From: Prochlorococcus sp. AG-402-A04
GTDB taxonomy: Bacteria; Cyanobacteriota; Cyanobacteriia; PCC-6307; Cyanobiaceae
NCBI GenBank assembly: GCA_003278045.1
Contig: QCHG01000003.1
Location: 23,029 to 87,028 of the forward strand
DNA length: 64,000 nt
Direction of reading: 5' to 3'
Below the pieces are notes generated by a model, which saw only the letters and a program-made list of their open reading frames with translations, ran no database searches and had not been told where the DNA came from. This document shows, one piece after another, positions 6,388 through 17,574 of the stretch (position 1 is the first letter of the stretch; each line of letters opens with the position of its first letter). Made by a program: the position numbers and the translations under genes.

Positions 6388-7479
6388 CTAAACGTTAAAT
6401 AAGAACTCCATTACATCACCTTCGTTAACAATATATTCCTTACCTTCACTTCTTAAAAGACCTTTAGTTTTTGCATTGGCAATTGAACCTGAATCAATTA
6501 AATTTTGATAGGAAATAGTCTGAGCTCTTATAAATCCTTTTTCAAAATCAGTATGAATTACTCCTGCTGCCTGTGGCGCAGTCATTCCATCTTTTATTGT
6601 CCAAGCTTTTGTCTCCTTTTCTCCGGTAGTGAAATAAGTTTTTAATCCCAATAATTTATATGTTGATCTAATTAGTGAACTTAATCCCCCTTCTTCTACT
6701 CCTAAGCCAATAAGGTAGTCTTTTTTATCTTCTGGTTCTAACTCTATTAATTCAGATTCGACTTGCGCTGATATTTTTATACATTCTGTATTTTCATTGT
6801 TTGCAAAACTCTGAACTGTTGATGAAAAATCATTACCTTCAGCTAAATCATTTTCATTTAAATTAGTTGCGTAAATAATTGGTTTAGCAGTAAGGAAGCC
6901 TAATTGCTTAATTATTAAATTTTCTTCTTCATTCAAAGATATTGATCTAACTGAAAGGCCTTTCTGTAGCTCTTCTTCAATTTTTTCTAGTAAGGTATCT
7001 TCTTTTGCTGCCTCTTTACTAGTTCTAACCTGTTTTTTAATTCTTTCTCTTCTTTTTTGTAGTTGAGATAAATCAGCTAAATTCAATTCCAGATTAATTA
7101 TCTCAATGTCATCCAGGGGATCTACCTTTCCAGAAACATGAATTACATCACTATCTTCAAAGCACCTTACAACATGAACTATTGCATCAACCTCCCTAAT
7201 ATTTGATAAAAATTTATTTCCCAACCCTTCGCCTTTACTAGCTCCTTTTACTAGTCCTGCGATATCTACAAATTCAATTTTTGTTGGGATAATATTTTGG
7301 CTAGAACTTAAATTACCTAACTCTTGCAACCTTTGATCCGGAACTGAAACTATGCCTTTATTAGGTTCTATAGTACAAAAGGGAAAATTAGCCGCTTGGG
7401 CCTTAGCATTTTCTACAAGTGCATTAAATAGAGTTGATTTTCCAACATTTGGTAATCCAATAATACCTGCTTTTAACAT
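6388..7479 (-). CDS. ychF: redox-regulated ATPase YchF
   Basis: GLPNVGKST, ANFPFCTIEPN, DIAGLVKGAS and a TGS domain. Confidence 0.97.
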   Translation of the reverse strand: MLKAGIIGLPNVGKSTLFNALVENAKAQAANFPFCTIEPNKGIVSVPDQRLQELGNLSSSQNIIPTKIEFVDIAGLVKGASKGEGLGNKFLSNIREVDAIVHVVRCFEDSDVIHVSGKVDPLDDIEIINLELNLADLSQLQKRRERIKKQVRTSKEAAKEDTLLEKIEEELQKGLSVRSISLNEEENLIIKQLGFLTAKPIIYATNLNENDLAEGNDFSSTVQSFANNENTECIKISAQVESELIELEPEDKKDYLIGLGVEEGGLSSLIRSTYKLLGLKTYFTTGEKETKAWTIKDGMTAPQAAGVIHTDFEKGFIRAQTISYQNLIDSGSIANAKTKGLLRSEGKEYIVNEGDVMEFLFNV

Positions 7480-7623
7480 TTGAAAAAACTTATGGAAAAA
7501 TTATCAAGAAAACATCTTCTAGTAATATAGTATTTACTTAACCAATCTTGGATAAGTTAATTATAATCGTCTTGATTATTTATTTAGTTCCTAAATATTC
7601 TCTACTTCTGCTTTTAAAAAGAA

Positions 7624-8685
7624 ATGTTTGATTTAATAAAAAAAAATATAAATCTAAGAAGTGGAATTATATTGCTTTCTCTAGCTATATTTTTCGTTTT
7701 TATAACCAATTCTTTCAAGAAAAATAAGTCAAAAGATATTTCTGATTTTGTAGTTCAAGTTGAAAAAGGAATCCTCTCAGATTCAATTAATACTAGTGGT
7801 GAAGTAAAAGCAATAAGGACAAGCAATATTGGGCCTCGGAAGCAAGGCGTAATAAAAGAAATCAAAGTAGATGAAGGCGATCTTGTAAAAAAAGATCAGG
7901 TTTTAGCTTCTCTTGATGATGAAGACTTTATCTATAAAATTGAAGAACTTGAATTAAATGTAGAAAAACAAAAATCTGAATTTTTAAGAAGGGAATATTT
8001 ATATCAAGAAGGCGCAGTAAGTAAAGAAGACTATGAAAGTTATAAAAATAACTACAACATTAGTAGCGCAAAACTTAATGATGCAAAAGCTGAAAAAAGT
8101 TTCTATCTAATTAAAGCTCCTTATGGAGGAAAGATAACTGCAAAATATGCTGAGATAGGATCTTATGTCACACCAAGTACAAACTTAAGTTCAGACCCTA
8201 AAACCAAAAACTTTATTTTTGAACTATCAGAGGGCCTAGAAATTGTTGCTAAAGTTCCTGAGAGTGACATTGGCAGAATAAAAATAGGTCAAGAAGCCTC
8301 AGTAAGAATTGAGGCTTATCCCTCAAAAAAATATAGTGCCATAGTTAAAAAAATAGCTACAAGAGCTGTAAAAGATAATAATGTAACCTCATTCGAAGTA
8401 ACTTTAAATTTTAAAGATATTTCTGAAGAAATTAAAATTGGAATGACTGCAGATCTTGAATTTAGAGTCGAAGGTAATGAAGAAAAAATCTTAGTACCAA
8501 CAGTTTCTATTGTCACTGAAAAAGGTGAAAAAGGAATTTTGAAAGTTGATAAAAACAATTCTCCCAAATTTGAAAAAATCGAGATTGGTATTAGTAGTGG
8601 AAATAAAACTTCAGTCATTGATGGATTAGAACCTGGAGAGCAAATCTTTATTGATATTCCACCTTGGGCTAAGAAGAGAAAATGA
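7624..8685 (+). CDS. efflux RND transporter periplasmic adaptor (membrane fusion protein)
   Basis: N-terminal TM helix, lipoyl-like half motifs, IKAPYGG and VPESDIGRIKIGQ. Confidence 0.9.
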   Translation: MFDLIKKNINLRSGIILLSLAIFFVFITNSFKKNKSKDISDFVVQVEKGILSDSINTSGEVKAIRTSNIGPRKQGVIKEIKVDEGDLVKKDQVLASLDDEDFIYKIEELELNVEKQKSEFLRREYLYQEGAVSKEDYESYKNNYNISSAKLNDAKAEKSFYLIKAPYGGKITAKYAEIGSYVTPSTNLSSDPKTKNFIFELSEGLEIVAKVPESDIGRIKIGQEASVRIEAYPSKKYSAIVKKIATRAVKDNNVTSFEVTLNFKDISEEIKIGMTADLEFRVEGNEEKILVPTVSIVTEKGEKGILKVDKNNSPKFEKIEIGISSGNKTSVIDGLEPGEQIFIDIPPWAKKRK

Positions 8686-11612
8686 GTTTAAAATCTGAAA
8701 ACTCTAAAAAACCAATTTTACTTTTAGTCGATGGCCACTCACTTGCTTTTAGAAGCTTCTATGCATTTAGCAAAGGGATTGATGGAGGTTTAACTACCAA
8801 AGAGGGATTTCCAACAAGTGTCACTTATGGATTCCTAAAAAGTCTTCTGGATAATTGCAAAAATATTAGTCCTGAGGGTGTTTGTATTACGTTTGATACC
8901 GAAAAACCAACTTTCAGACATGAATTAGATCCAAATTATAAGGCCAATAGAGATGTGGCACCAGATGTTTTTTTTCAGGATATTGAACAACTAGAAATCA
9001 TCTTAGAAGAAAGTCTTAATTTACCAATTTTTAAAGCTCCAGGATACGAAGCAGATGATCTCCTAGGCACAATTGCAAATGATGCTTCTTCTAAAGGATG
9101 GTGCGTGAATATTCTTTCTGGAGATAGGGACTTATTTCAATTAGTAGATGATCAAAAAGATATTTATGTACTTTATATGGGTGGTGGTCCATATGCGAAA
9201 AGTGGAAATCCAACTCTTATGAATGAAAATGGAGTAAAAGAAAAATTAGGTGTTGCGCCAGAAAGAGTAGTTGATCTTAAAGCTCTAACTGGTGATAGTT
9301 CTGATAATATTCCAGGTATTAAAGGGGTAGGTCCAAAAACTGCAATTAATCTACTAAAAGAGAACGACACGCTTGATGGAATCTATCTGGCTTTGGACAA
9401 GATTCAGCAGAACAACGACAAGAAATATAAAGGATTCATCAAAGGTTCAGTTATAGAAAAGCTAAGAAACGATAAACATAATGCTTTTCTTTCCAGGGAT
9501 TTAGCAAAAATAAATACTGAGGTGCCTTTAATTTTAAGTAACGGTTATGAATTAAAAAATATAAATCAAGAACTACTTTCAGACTCACTGAAAAAATTAG
9601 AACTATCAACACTACTTAGACAAATTGATATTTTCAATTCAACTTTCAGCAAAGGTGGTTTTGACAAAAATAATTTAGCTAAAGAGGAGGAGAAGACACC
9701 AAAAGTCGCAGGCAATAATGAATTAGAAAATAGTGAAAATAAAATCCCTAAAATCAACGTAACTGTTGTAAATGATTTCGAATTACTTGATAAATTAATT
9801 CAAAGATTAGACAAGACTAATCAAATAGTTTCTTTAGATACAGAGACCAATAGTTTGAATCCAATCGATGCGGAACTTGTTGGGATAGGGTTATGTCTTG
9901 GAGAAGAAAATGATGATTTATTTTATATTCCTCTTGGTCATCAAACAAAAAAGGAGACCTCCAATCAATTATCAATAGAAGATGTTTTCTCAAAGCTAAG
10001 AAATTGGATAGAAGATCCAAAAAAAGAAAAGGCACTCCAAAATTCAAAGTTTGATAGGCAAATATTTTTTAATCATGGACTTGATCTTAAAGGCGTAACC
10101 TTTGACACCTTGTTAGCAGACTACCTTCTTAATAATCAGGAGAAGCATGGGTTAAGTGAAATTAGTTTTAGATTATTTGGATTTAAACCCCCTTCATTTA
10201 AGGAAACGGTTGGTAAAAATAAAGACTTTTCATTTGTTGATATTGATGAAGCAAGTATTTACTGCGGTTATGATGTTTTTCTAACTTTTAAGATTGTCAA
10301 AATTTTTAAAGAAAGATTTTCAAAAGAAAAAGATGAATTAATCAAATTGTTCGAAGAAATCGAGCTACCTCTAGAGCCGGTATTATCCCAAATGGAAATG
10401 AATGGCATAACCATCGACATCCCTTACTTGGATAAACTTTCAAAAGAACTAAAAAGCACCTTAGAAAATATTGAAAGTAAAGTTTATGAGTTAGCAGAGG
10501 AGACTTTTAATCTATCTTCACCAAAACAACTTGGTGAGATCTTATTTGAAAAATTAAATTTGGATAAGAAAAAATCACGGAAAACAAAAACAGGATGGAG
10601 TACAGATGCAGTAGTTCTGGAAAGATTAGTCGACGAACATGAAATAATCCAACATTTAATAAAACATAGAACTCTCAGCAAATTACTTAGTACTTATATA
10701 GATGCTCTTCCAAATCTTATTAACGAAAAGACAGGAAGAGTTCATACAAACTTTAATCAAGCTGCTACAGCGACTGGGAGACTAAGTAGTAGCAATCCTA
10801 ATCTTCAAAATATCCCGGTTAGGACTGAATTTAGTAGGAGAATCAGAAAAGCATTCCTGCCTGAAAAAAATTGGAAACTTTTATCAGCTGATTATTCCCA
10901 GATCGAATTAAGAATTCTTGCTCACTTAGCGGATGAAGAAATATTAATTAATGCATTTCATAAAAATGATGACATTCATTCTTTGACTGCAAGATTAATT
11001 TTCGAGAAAGAAGAAATTTCGTCCGACGAGAGGAGAGTTGGTAAAACAATAAATTTTGGAGTTATCTATGGCATGGGGATAAAAAAGTTTGCACGTTCAA
11101 CAGGAGTAAGTACCCCAGAGGCAAAAGAATTCCTAATAAAATACAAGGAAAGATATTCAAAAATTTTTAAATTTCTAGAACTTCAAGAAAGGCTTGCATT
11201 ATCAAAAGGTTATGTAAAAACAATTTTTGGTCGAAAGAGAGAATTTAAGTTTGATAAAAATGGACTTGGAAGATTAATAGGGAAAGATCCTTACGAAATT
11301 GACCTGCAATCTGCAAGAAGGGCTGGCATGGAAGCACAGTCATTAAGAGCCGCAGCTAATGCACCAATTCAGGGTTCAAGTGCAGACATTATTAAAATTG
11401 CAATGGTTCAACTAAATAAGAAATTCATAGAAATGAATGTTCCCACAAAAATGCTTTTGCAAGTACATGATGAATTATTGTTTGAAGTTGAACCGGATTC
11501 TTTGGAAATTACCACGAAATTAGTAAAGAAGACTATGGAAGATTGTGTAAAATTAAATGTGCCTCTTTTAGTTGATATTGGTATTGGAGACAATTGGATG
11601 GAGACAAAATAA
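8682..11612 (+). CDS. polA: DNA polymerase I
   Basis: 5'-3' exonuclease (LVDGHSLAFR), 3'-5' exonuclease (DTET) and Pol A motifs DYSQIELR, KTINFGVIYG and VHDEL. Confidence 0.98.
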   Translation: MSLKSENSKKPILLLVDGHSLAFRSFYAFSKGIDGGLTTKEGFPTSVTYGFLKSLLDNCKNISPEGVCITFDTEKPTFRHELDPNYKANRDVAPDVFFQDIEQLEIILEESLNLPIFKAPGYEADDLLGTIANDASSKGWCVNILSGDRDLFQLVDDQKDIYVLYMGGGPYAKSGNPTLMNENGVKEKLGVAPERVVDLKALTGDSSDNIPGIKGVGPKTAINLLKENDTLDGIYLALDKIQQNNDKKYKGFIKGSVIEKLRNDKHNAFLSRDLAKINTEVPLILSNGYELKNINQELLSDSLKKLELSTLLRQIDIFNSTFSKGGFDKNNLAKEEEKTPKVAGNNELENSENKIPKINVTVVNDFELLDKLIQRLDKTNQIVSLDTETNSLNPIDAELVGIGLCLGEENDDLFYIPLGHQTKKETSNQLSIEDVFSKLRNWIEDPKKEKALQNSKFDRQIFFNHGLDLKGVTFDTLLADYLLNNQEKHGLSEISFRLFGFKPPSFKETVGKNKDFSFVDIDEASIYCGYDVFLTFKIVKIFKERFSKEKDELIKLFEEIELPLEPVLSQMEMNGITIDIPYLDKLSKELKSTLENIESKVYELAEETFNLSSPKQLGEILFEKLNLDKKKSRKTKTGWSTDAVVLERLVDEHEIIQHLIKHRTLSKLLSTYIDALPNLINEKTGRVHTNFNQAATATGRLSSSNPNLQNIPVRTEFSRRIRKAFLPEKNWKLLSADYSQIELRILAHLADEEILINAFHKNDDIHSLTARLIFEKEEISSDERRVGKTINFGVIYGMGIKKFARSTGVSTPEAKEFLIKYKERYSKIFKFLELQERLALSKGYVKTIFGRKREFKFDKNGLGRLIGKDPYEIDLQSARRAGMEAQSLRAAANAPIQGSSADIIKIAMVQLNKKFIEMNVPTKMLLQVHDELLFEVEPDSLEITTKLVKKTMEDCVKLNVPLLVDIGIGDNWMETK

Positions 11613-11636
11613 ACCTTATGAAATACTTAATTTAAG

Positions 11637-13106
11637 ATGATCAAACTTTTTAATACTTTAAACAGAAGAGTTGAGGTTTTTAAGCCTATTGATGATGTAG
11701 TAAAAATTTATTGTTGTGGAGTAACTGTTTATGATTTATGTCATCTTGGTCATGCCAGAAGTTATATAGCTTGGGATGTATTGAGAAGATTTTTAATTTA
11801 CAGTGATTACAAAGTTAAGTATGTTCAAAATTTTACAGATATTGATGACAAGATCTTAAAAAGAGCTAAAGAAGAAAGCAGTTCAATGAAGGAAGTATCT
11901 GAAAAAAATATTATTGAATTTCATAAAGATATGGATTCTTTAGGAATAATGCGTCCAGATAGTATGCCAAGAGCAACGAATCATATATGCAATATCTGCT
12001 CCTTCATAACAATCCTTGAGGACAAAGGTTATGCATACTCTAGGGATGGAGATGTTTATTATTCTGTTTTTAAAAATAAAAATTATGGCAAGCTAAGTAA
12101 CCAAAATATACAAGAACAAAATATCAATCAGCAAGGAAGAATGGCTAATGATGAAAATAGTAAAAAACTTAATCCGCAAGATTTTGCACTATGGAAAAAA
12201 GCAAAAGATGATGAACCATTTTTTGATTCACCATGGGGTAAAGGTAGGCCAGGATGGCATATTGAATGTTCGGCGATGGTTAAAGATGAATTAGGAGATA
12301 CTATTGATATCCATTTAGGTGGTTCTGATTTGATTTTTCCTCATCATGAGAATGAAATCGCCCAATCAGAAGCAGCCAATGGCAAAAAGCTAGCGAACTA
12401 TTGGTTACACAATGGGATGGTCAATGTAAATGGACAAAAGATGAGTAAATCCCTTAAAAATTTTAAAACTATCAGAGAGCTAATTAAGTCAGGTATAAGC
12501 CCTATGACTTTGCGATATTTTGTTATGACTGTGAATTACAGAAAACCACTTGATTTTACTGAAGAAGCTTTAAGGAGTGCTTCAGAAGCTTGGAAAAACA
12601 TTAATATAGCCCTTTCTTTTTTGGACCTTACAAAGGATGCTTTTAAATCTATTGATAAGAATGAATCTATCGAAGACGAATATAAAGAGAAAATAAGCTT
12701 TGAATTATCTCAAAAAAAGCTTAAATTTTCTGAGGCTCTTGGAAATGACCTTAATACAGCAGGTGCTATTGCAATTATTTACGATTTAGCAAAACCATTA
12801 AAAAACTTTTTAAACCAATTTCAAAGGGTCGAAGGTTTTAAAATAGACCTAAATGAAAAATTCTTTCTACTTGAGAATTTTAAAACTCTTGAAAAGTTAA
12901 CTAAGGTACTTGGTCTTAAAAAAGAACTTTTAGTAAAAGAAAGTAAAATAAAAGAAGAAGAAATATCAATGCTTATTAATGAAAGATTGAAAGCAAAAAA
13001 AGAAAAGAATTATACAAAGGCAGATGAAATTAGGAATTTGTTAAAAGAAAAAGGTATTGAACTTATCGATCAATCAAAGGAAATAACAACCTGGATAAGG
13101 GTCTAA
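11637..13106 (+). CDS. cysS: cysteine--tRNA ligase
   Basis: CGVTVYDLCHLGH, GRPGWHIEC and KMSKS. Confidence 0.98.
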   Translation: MIKLFNTLNRRVEVFKPIDDVVKIYCCGVTVYDLCHLGHARSYIAWDVLRRFLIYSDYKVKYVQNFTDIDDKILKRAKEESSSMKEVSEKNIIEFHKDMDSLGIMRPDSMPRATNHICNICSFITILEDKGYAYSRDGDVYYSVFKNKNYGKLSNQNIQEQNINQQGRMANDENSKKLNPQDFALWKKAKDDEPFFDSPWGKGRPGWHIECSAMVKDELGDTIDIHLGGSDLIFPHHENEIAQSEAANGKKLANYWLHNGMVNVNGQKMSKSLKNFKTIRELIKSGISPMTLRYFVMTVNYRKPLDFTEEALRSASEAWKNINIALSFLDLTKDAFKSIDKNESIEDEYKEKISFELSQKKLKFSEALGNDLNTAGAIAIIYDLAKPLKNFLNQFQRVEGFKIDLNEKFFLLENFKTLEKLTKVLGLKKELLVKESKIKEEEISMLINERLKAKKEKNYTKADEIRNLLKEKGIELIDQSKEITTWIRV

Positions 13107-13188
13107 ATTTTAAGAAAAAAACCAATTTGAAATTTTTGTTTTTTAAATACACCTTTAAATGGGAAGATATTAGAAATATCAGAGAAAA

Positions 13189-14418
13189 TTGAAATACATT
13201 ACTGTGCTCGGTTCTACTGGTTCAATTGGGACTCAAACTCTCGAAATAGCTAGTGAGCAGCCTGATAAGTTTAAAGCCGTAGCTCTTTCAGCAGGAAGAA
13301 ATATTAATTTATTAACAGAACAAGTTAAAGCACATAAACCAGAAGTAGTTGCGATTGAGGATGAAAGTCTTATAGAAGATTTAAAAGATAATATTAATAA
13401 CTTATATTTGGATAGTACTCCCTTGGTTTTGAGTGGAAAAGAGGGGATTAACGCAGTTGCAGCATGGGATAAGGCAGATACTGTGGTTACAGGGATTGTA
13501 GGCTGTGCAGGCTTAATTCCAACAATGTCAGCAATTAATGCGGGGAAAAATATTGCACTTGCTAACAAAGAAACTTTAATTGCGGCAGGGCCAATTGTTA
13601 TTCCTGCATTAAAGAAAAATAATAGTAGGCTTTTACCTGCTGATTCAGAACACTCCGCTATCTTTCAATGTTTACAAGGATTACCTAATTATGAAAATGC
13701 AGATTTTTCAACAGGAGAGATACCTAAAGGTTTAAAAGCCATACATTTAACAGCTTCTGGTGGTGCTTTCAGAGATTGGGCAGTTGAGGATTTAAAGCAT
13801 GTCACAGTGGAAGATGCGACTTCACATCCTAATTGGGATATGGGAAAAAAAATAACTGTAGATTCTGCAACTCTTATGAATAAAGGATTAGAAGTCATAG
13901 AAGCTCATTATTTATTTGGGACCTCTTACGAAAATATCGAAATAGTTATCCACCCTCAAAGTATTATTCATTCAATGATTGAGATGGAAGATTCTTCAGT
14001 ATTAGCTCAATTAGGTTGGCCAGATATGAAGCTACCCATTTTATATGCGATGAGTTGGCCAGAAAGATTTAAAACAAATTGGAAAAGATTAAACCTAAGT
14101 GAAATTGGAAAATTAACTTTTAAAGAGCCAGACGAGTTTAAATATCCATGCATGGGACTTGCCTATGCCGCAGGAAAATCTTCTGGGACTATGCCTGCAG
14201 TCTTAAATGCTGCAAATGAAATGGCTGTTGAACAATTCCTTAAAGAAAAAATTTCTTTTCAAGAAATTCCAACATTTATAAGTAAAGCTTGTGAATCACA
14301 TATGGAGAATTTGAATTTAAGTCCCAAATTGGAGGATATTCTTGAAGTAGACAATTGGGCCAGACTTTTTGTTGAGCAAGAAATCAAAAAAGGAAAAAAA
14401 TACGTAAGTATTGGATAA
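13189..14418 (+). CDS. dxr: 1-deoxy-D-xylulose-5-phosphate reductoisomerase
   Basis: [21 protein letters not shown] and MNKGLE. Confidence 0.98.
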   Translation: MKYITVLGSTGSIGTQTLEIASEQPDKFKAVALSAGRNINLLTEQVKAHKPEVVAIEDESLIEDLKDNINNLYLDSTPLVLSGKEGINAVAAWDKADTVVTGIVGCAGLIPTMSAINAGKNIALANKETLIAAGPIVIPALKKNNSRLLPADSEHSAIFQCLQGLPNYENADFSTGEIPKGLKAIHLTASGGAFRDWAVEDLKHVTVEDATSHPNWDMGKKITVDSATLMNKGLEVIEAHYLFGTSYENIEIVIHPQSIIHSMIEMEDSSVLAQLGWPDMKLPILYAMSWPERFKTNWKRLNLSEIGKLTFKEPDEFKYPCMGLAYAAGKSSGTMPAVLNAANEMAVEQFLKEKISFQEIPTFISKACESHMENLNLSPKLEDILEVDNWARLFVEQEIKKGKKYVSIG

Positions 14419-14420
14419 AA

Positions 14421-14762
14421 GTGAATATAAAAAAACATCTTCTACTATGCGCAACTCCGACAAAACAGAAATGCTTTAAAGGCAATGAAGGTCAAAAAAC
14501 ATGGGAATGTCTGAAAAAGACATTAAAAAAATTTGAGAATGATCCCTGTACAAAAAACGTTCATATATTAAGATCAAAAGCTGACTGTTTAAGGATATGT
14601 AAGAACGGCCCAATTCTTCTTGTGTGGCCTGATGGTATTTGGTACGAGAAAGTTTCTCCAGAAAAAATGTCAGAAATTTTTACCTCACATATTATTAACG
14701 GTAAGCCAATAGAAAAATGGATTTTTAAAAAAACACCATTCTTAAATAGTCCTAGATACTAA
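14421..14762 (+). CDS. thioredoxin-like (2Fe-2S) ferredoxin domain protein
   Basis: C..C and CLRICKNGPILLVWPDGIWY motif. Confidence 0.85.
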   Translation: MNIKKHLLLCATPTKQKCFKGNEGQKTWECLKKTLKKFENDPCTKNVHILRSKADCLRICKNGPILLVWPDGIWYEKVSPEKMSEIFTSHIINGKPIEKWIFKKTPFLNSPRY

Positions 14763-15840
14763 TAAACCAGTTCTTTACTAGTTCGTCTGACCAGCAGCCA
14801 TTAATAGAGTGAAAACCATTATGACCTCCTTTTTCAGTTATAAAAATAGTAAATTTATCAATAAATTTCCCTCTTAAATTCAAAGTTGCATTATATGGAA
14901 CCCAAGGATCATCCTTGGCATGAATAAAAAGCATATGAGGCAATTTTTTTATTGAGTTTTTGATTCTAAATATTGGAGAAGCTTTAACATAATAATCTTC
15001 TAAAGAATCAAATCCCCAACATGGAGCTGTAAATTTCTGATCAAATTCCCTTATACTTTTTAAAGCTCTAATTTTTTTTCTTAATTTCTTATTATTAATA
15101 ATTTTGCCTTCATCATTAAATCCGTCCCATAACTGATTTTTTAAGCGATGAAGTAACCATTTTTGGTAGATATAATTTCTAGATTTTTCAATACATAGAC
15201 TGCATGATGATAAATCTAAAGGGCTACTCACACAGGCTAGGCCATCTAAAAGTTTTTCTTCTTTGTTTTCATCGTAATCTAAGCAAGCATTTAAAAGAAT
15301 TGTTCCGCCTAAAGATAATCCAACGCCGTAAATTGGAAGATTATTATTCCTTTTAATATGATCCTTGAACTCTAAATTAATTAATTTTTTAAAATAATTA
15401 ATTGCTGAAATAACATCACTGGAGCATCTAGCACAATAATTTCCTTTAGCTAAATATCTCGCAGATCCAGATCCTCTTAGATTTAATTTAAGAACTCCAA
15501 AACCATTATTTGCTAATTTCCTAGAGATTCTTCTTAAACCAAACCGTTTAGTTGAGCCCCCTAAACCATGTGTAACGATTACAAAACCCCTAAGTGAATC
15601 TAAATTTTCAGGTAATTCTAAAAACCCTAGAAGATAATCACATTCAAATTTTTTTGAGAGAATTTTATTAATCGGAAAGAATATTTTTTTATTTTTTTTT
15701 GATTTACCAAAATCAATAACAAAAGTATCTCTCAAAGTTTGTAAGTCTCCACCTATCCAAGGCAAGACTTCTCGAAATGGCTTATTTTTTACGTAATCTG
15801 AAAAACTAAAAGATATACTGTTATTTCTCCCCAACTCCAA
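14752..15840 (-). CDS. YheT-family alpha/beta hydrolase
   Basis: GGDLQT, HGLGGS, GLSLGG, AKDDPW and GGHNGF. Confidence 0.88.
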   Translation of the reverse strand: MELGRNNSISFSFSDYVKNKPFREVLPWIGGDLQTLRDTFVIDFGKSKKNKKIFFPINKILSKKFECDYLLGFLELPENLDSLRGFVIVTHGLGGSTKRFGLRRISRKLANNGFGVLKLNLRGSGSARYLAKGNYCARCSSDVISAINYFKKLINLEFKDHIKRNNNLPIYGVGLSLGGTILLNACLDYDENKEEKLLDGLACVSSPLDLSSCSLCIEKSRNYIYQKWLLHRLKNQLWDGFNDEGKIINNKKLRKKIRALKSIREFDQKFTAPCWGFDSLEDYYVKASPIFRIKNSIKKLPHMLFIHAKDDPWVPYNATLNLRGKFIDKFTIFITEKGGHNGFHSINGCWSDELVKNWFISI

Positions 15841-17260
15841 GATCCTTTAATTCTCCAATCAAATCATTAAGTACTTTTTTTGCATCACCAAAAACCATTG
15901 AGGTATTTGGCAGATCAAATAAATCATTTTTTATTCCGGAGTAACCTGCACTCATACCACGTTTAATTACAAATACCGTTCTTGCTTCCTGCACATCAAG
16001 AACTGGCATGCCATATAAAGGAGAAGAGCTATCATTTTTAGCTTGAGGATTAACCACATCATTTGCTCCTAAAACTAAAACAACATCCGTTGCTGGAAAA
16101 TCAGGATTTACAACGTCCATCTCTTTAAGTTGTTCGTAAGGAACATCTGCTTCTGCTAAAAGTACATTCATATGTCCAGGCATCCTCCCTGCTACAGGAT
16201 GAATTGCGTAAACAACTTCGATACCATTTTGCTCTAGTTTTTTTGTCACTTCCCTTAAAGTATGTTGAGCTTGAGCTACCGCTAGACCATATCCAGGAAC
16301 AATAATTACCTTGTTAGCTGCCTCTAAAGTCAATGCACATTCTTCAACACTGCAAGAAGTTATATTTGTATATTCTCCTGAACCAGAAGAGGCTGTAATT
16401 TGTGCAGATAAAGATCCTCCAAAAAGAACTGAGACCAATGATCTATTCATACCTTTGCACATTACTTGAGTAAGTATTAGGCCTGCTGCTCCAACCATTG
16501 CGCCTGCTACTATCAAAAGCTGACTATCTACAACGAAGCCTGCTGCTGCTGCTGCAATCCCTGAATAGCTATTTAATAAAGATATAACGACTGGCATATC
16601 AGCGCCACCAATTGGTAAAGTAACTCCAATACCTAATAAAGAAGAAACTATAACTAAAAGCCAAATAGAACTTGTATTGCCGTTTATCAAATCAAAAAAG
16701 GCTATCAAGGAAGCAACTGCAAAAACAATATTTACAAAATGTCTAACTTTGCTCTGAGTCCATCCTGGAGTTGACAACCAACCCTGTAACTTTGCCATCG
16801 CCACAATGGAACCTGTGAAAGTTATGGCACCAACAAATATAGAAACAGATATTGAAACTTCGTTAATCAGTGACTTAAAAAAATCAAAATTTTCTTGGCC
16901 ACCAGATATAGGAAAAATAGCTACTCCTAAGGCCACTAAAAGTGATGACATTCCTCCACAACCATTAAACAATGCCACTGTTTCAGGCATGGAGGTCATA
17001 GGTACTTTTTTTGCAAGTATTGCTCCGAATAAGCTACCTATAATTGATCCAATTATTATCCAAATCCAAGACTGAATAGCAATTCCAGAAGTGCCTAAAT
17101 AATAAGAAAGTAACCCTACTACTGATAGCGACATTGCAAATGCAGCTAATCTATTAGCATCCCTTGCCGATTTTACTTTTGACAATCCCTTTATTCCCAA
17201 AGCCAGTAAAAGTACTGCTAGAAGGTCAATAACGAATTTAATGATTACAGGTAGATTCAT
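15821..17260 (-). CDS. pntB: NAD(P) transhydrogenase subunit beta
   Basis: GGADMPVVISLLNSYSG, PGYGLAVAQAQ and HPVAGRMPG. Confidence 0.97.
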   Translation of the reverse strand: MNLPVIIKFVIDLLAVLLLALGIKGLSKVKSARDANRLAAFAMSLSVVGLLSYYLGTSGIAIQSWIWIIIGSIIGSLFGAILAKKVPMTSMPETVALFNGCGGMSSLLVALGVAIFPISGGQENFDFFKSLINEVSISVSIFVGAITFTGSIVAMAKLQGWLSTPGWTQSKVRHFVNIVFAVASLIAFFDLINGNTSSIWLLVIVSSLLGIGVTLPIGGADMPVVISLLNSYSGIAAAAAGFVVDSQLLIVAGAMVGAAGLILTQVMCKGMNRSLVSVLFGGSLSAQITASSGSGEYTNITSCSVEECALTLEAANKVIIVPGYGLAVAQAQHTLREVTKKLEQNGIEVVYAIHPVAGRMPGHMNVLLAEADVPYEQLKEMDVVNPDFPATDVVLVLGANDVVNPQAKNDSSSPLYGMPVLDVQEARTVFVIKRGMSAGYSGIKNDLFDLPNTSMVFGDAKKVLNDLIGELKDLGVGEK

Positions 17261-17268
17261 GTTAAAAA

Positions 17269-17562
17269 TTACTTCTTATTTGATGGTTTACGACTAAACA
17301 TCGCGAGCATTCGATCAGTTACAAAGAAACCGCCTACAACGTTGAAAAGAGCAAATCCAAGAGAAACTGAACCAATGATTAAAAGTGGTACGTTACCTTC
17401 TGCTTTTACAATTAAAGTCAAGGCTGCAAGCATTGTTATTCCTGAAATTGCATTTGCTCCACTCATTAGAGGGGTGTGAAGAGTAGGAGGAACTTTTCCA
17501 ATTAATTCGAGGCCTAATAAACTACCAAGTAAAAGAACCCAAAGAAGACTTATAAAAGACAT
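17269..17562 (-). CDS. pntA: NAD(P) transhydrogenase subunit alpha, membrane part (alpha-2)
   Basis: LHTPLMSGANAISG and GGFFVTDRMLAMF. Confidence 0.95.
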   Translation of the reverse strand: MSFISLLWVLLLGSLLGLELIGKVPPTLHTPLMSGANAISGITMLAALTLIVKAEGNVPLLIIGSVSLGFALFNVVGGFFVTDRMLAMFSRKPSNKK

Positions 17563-17574
17563 AATTTAAAAACC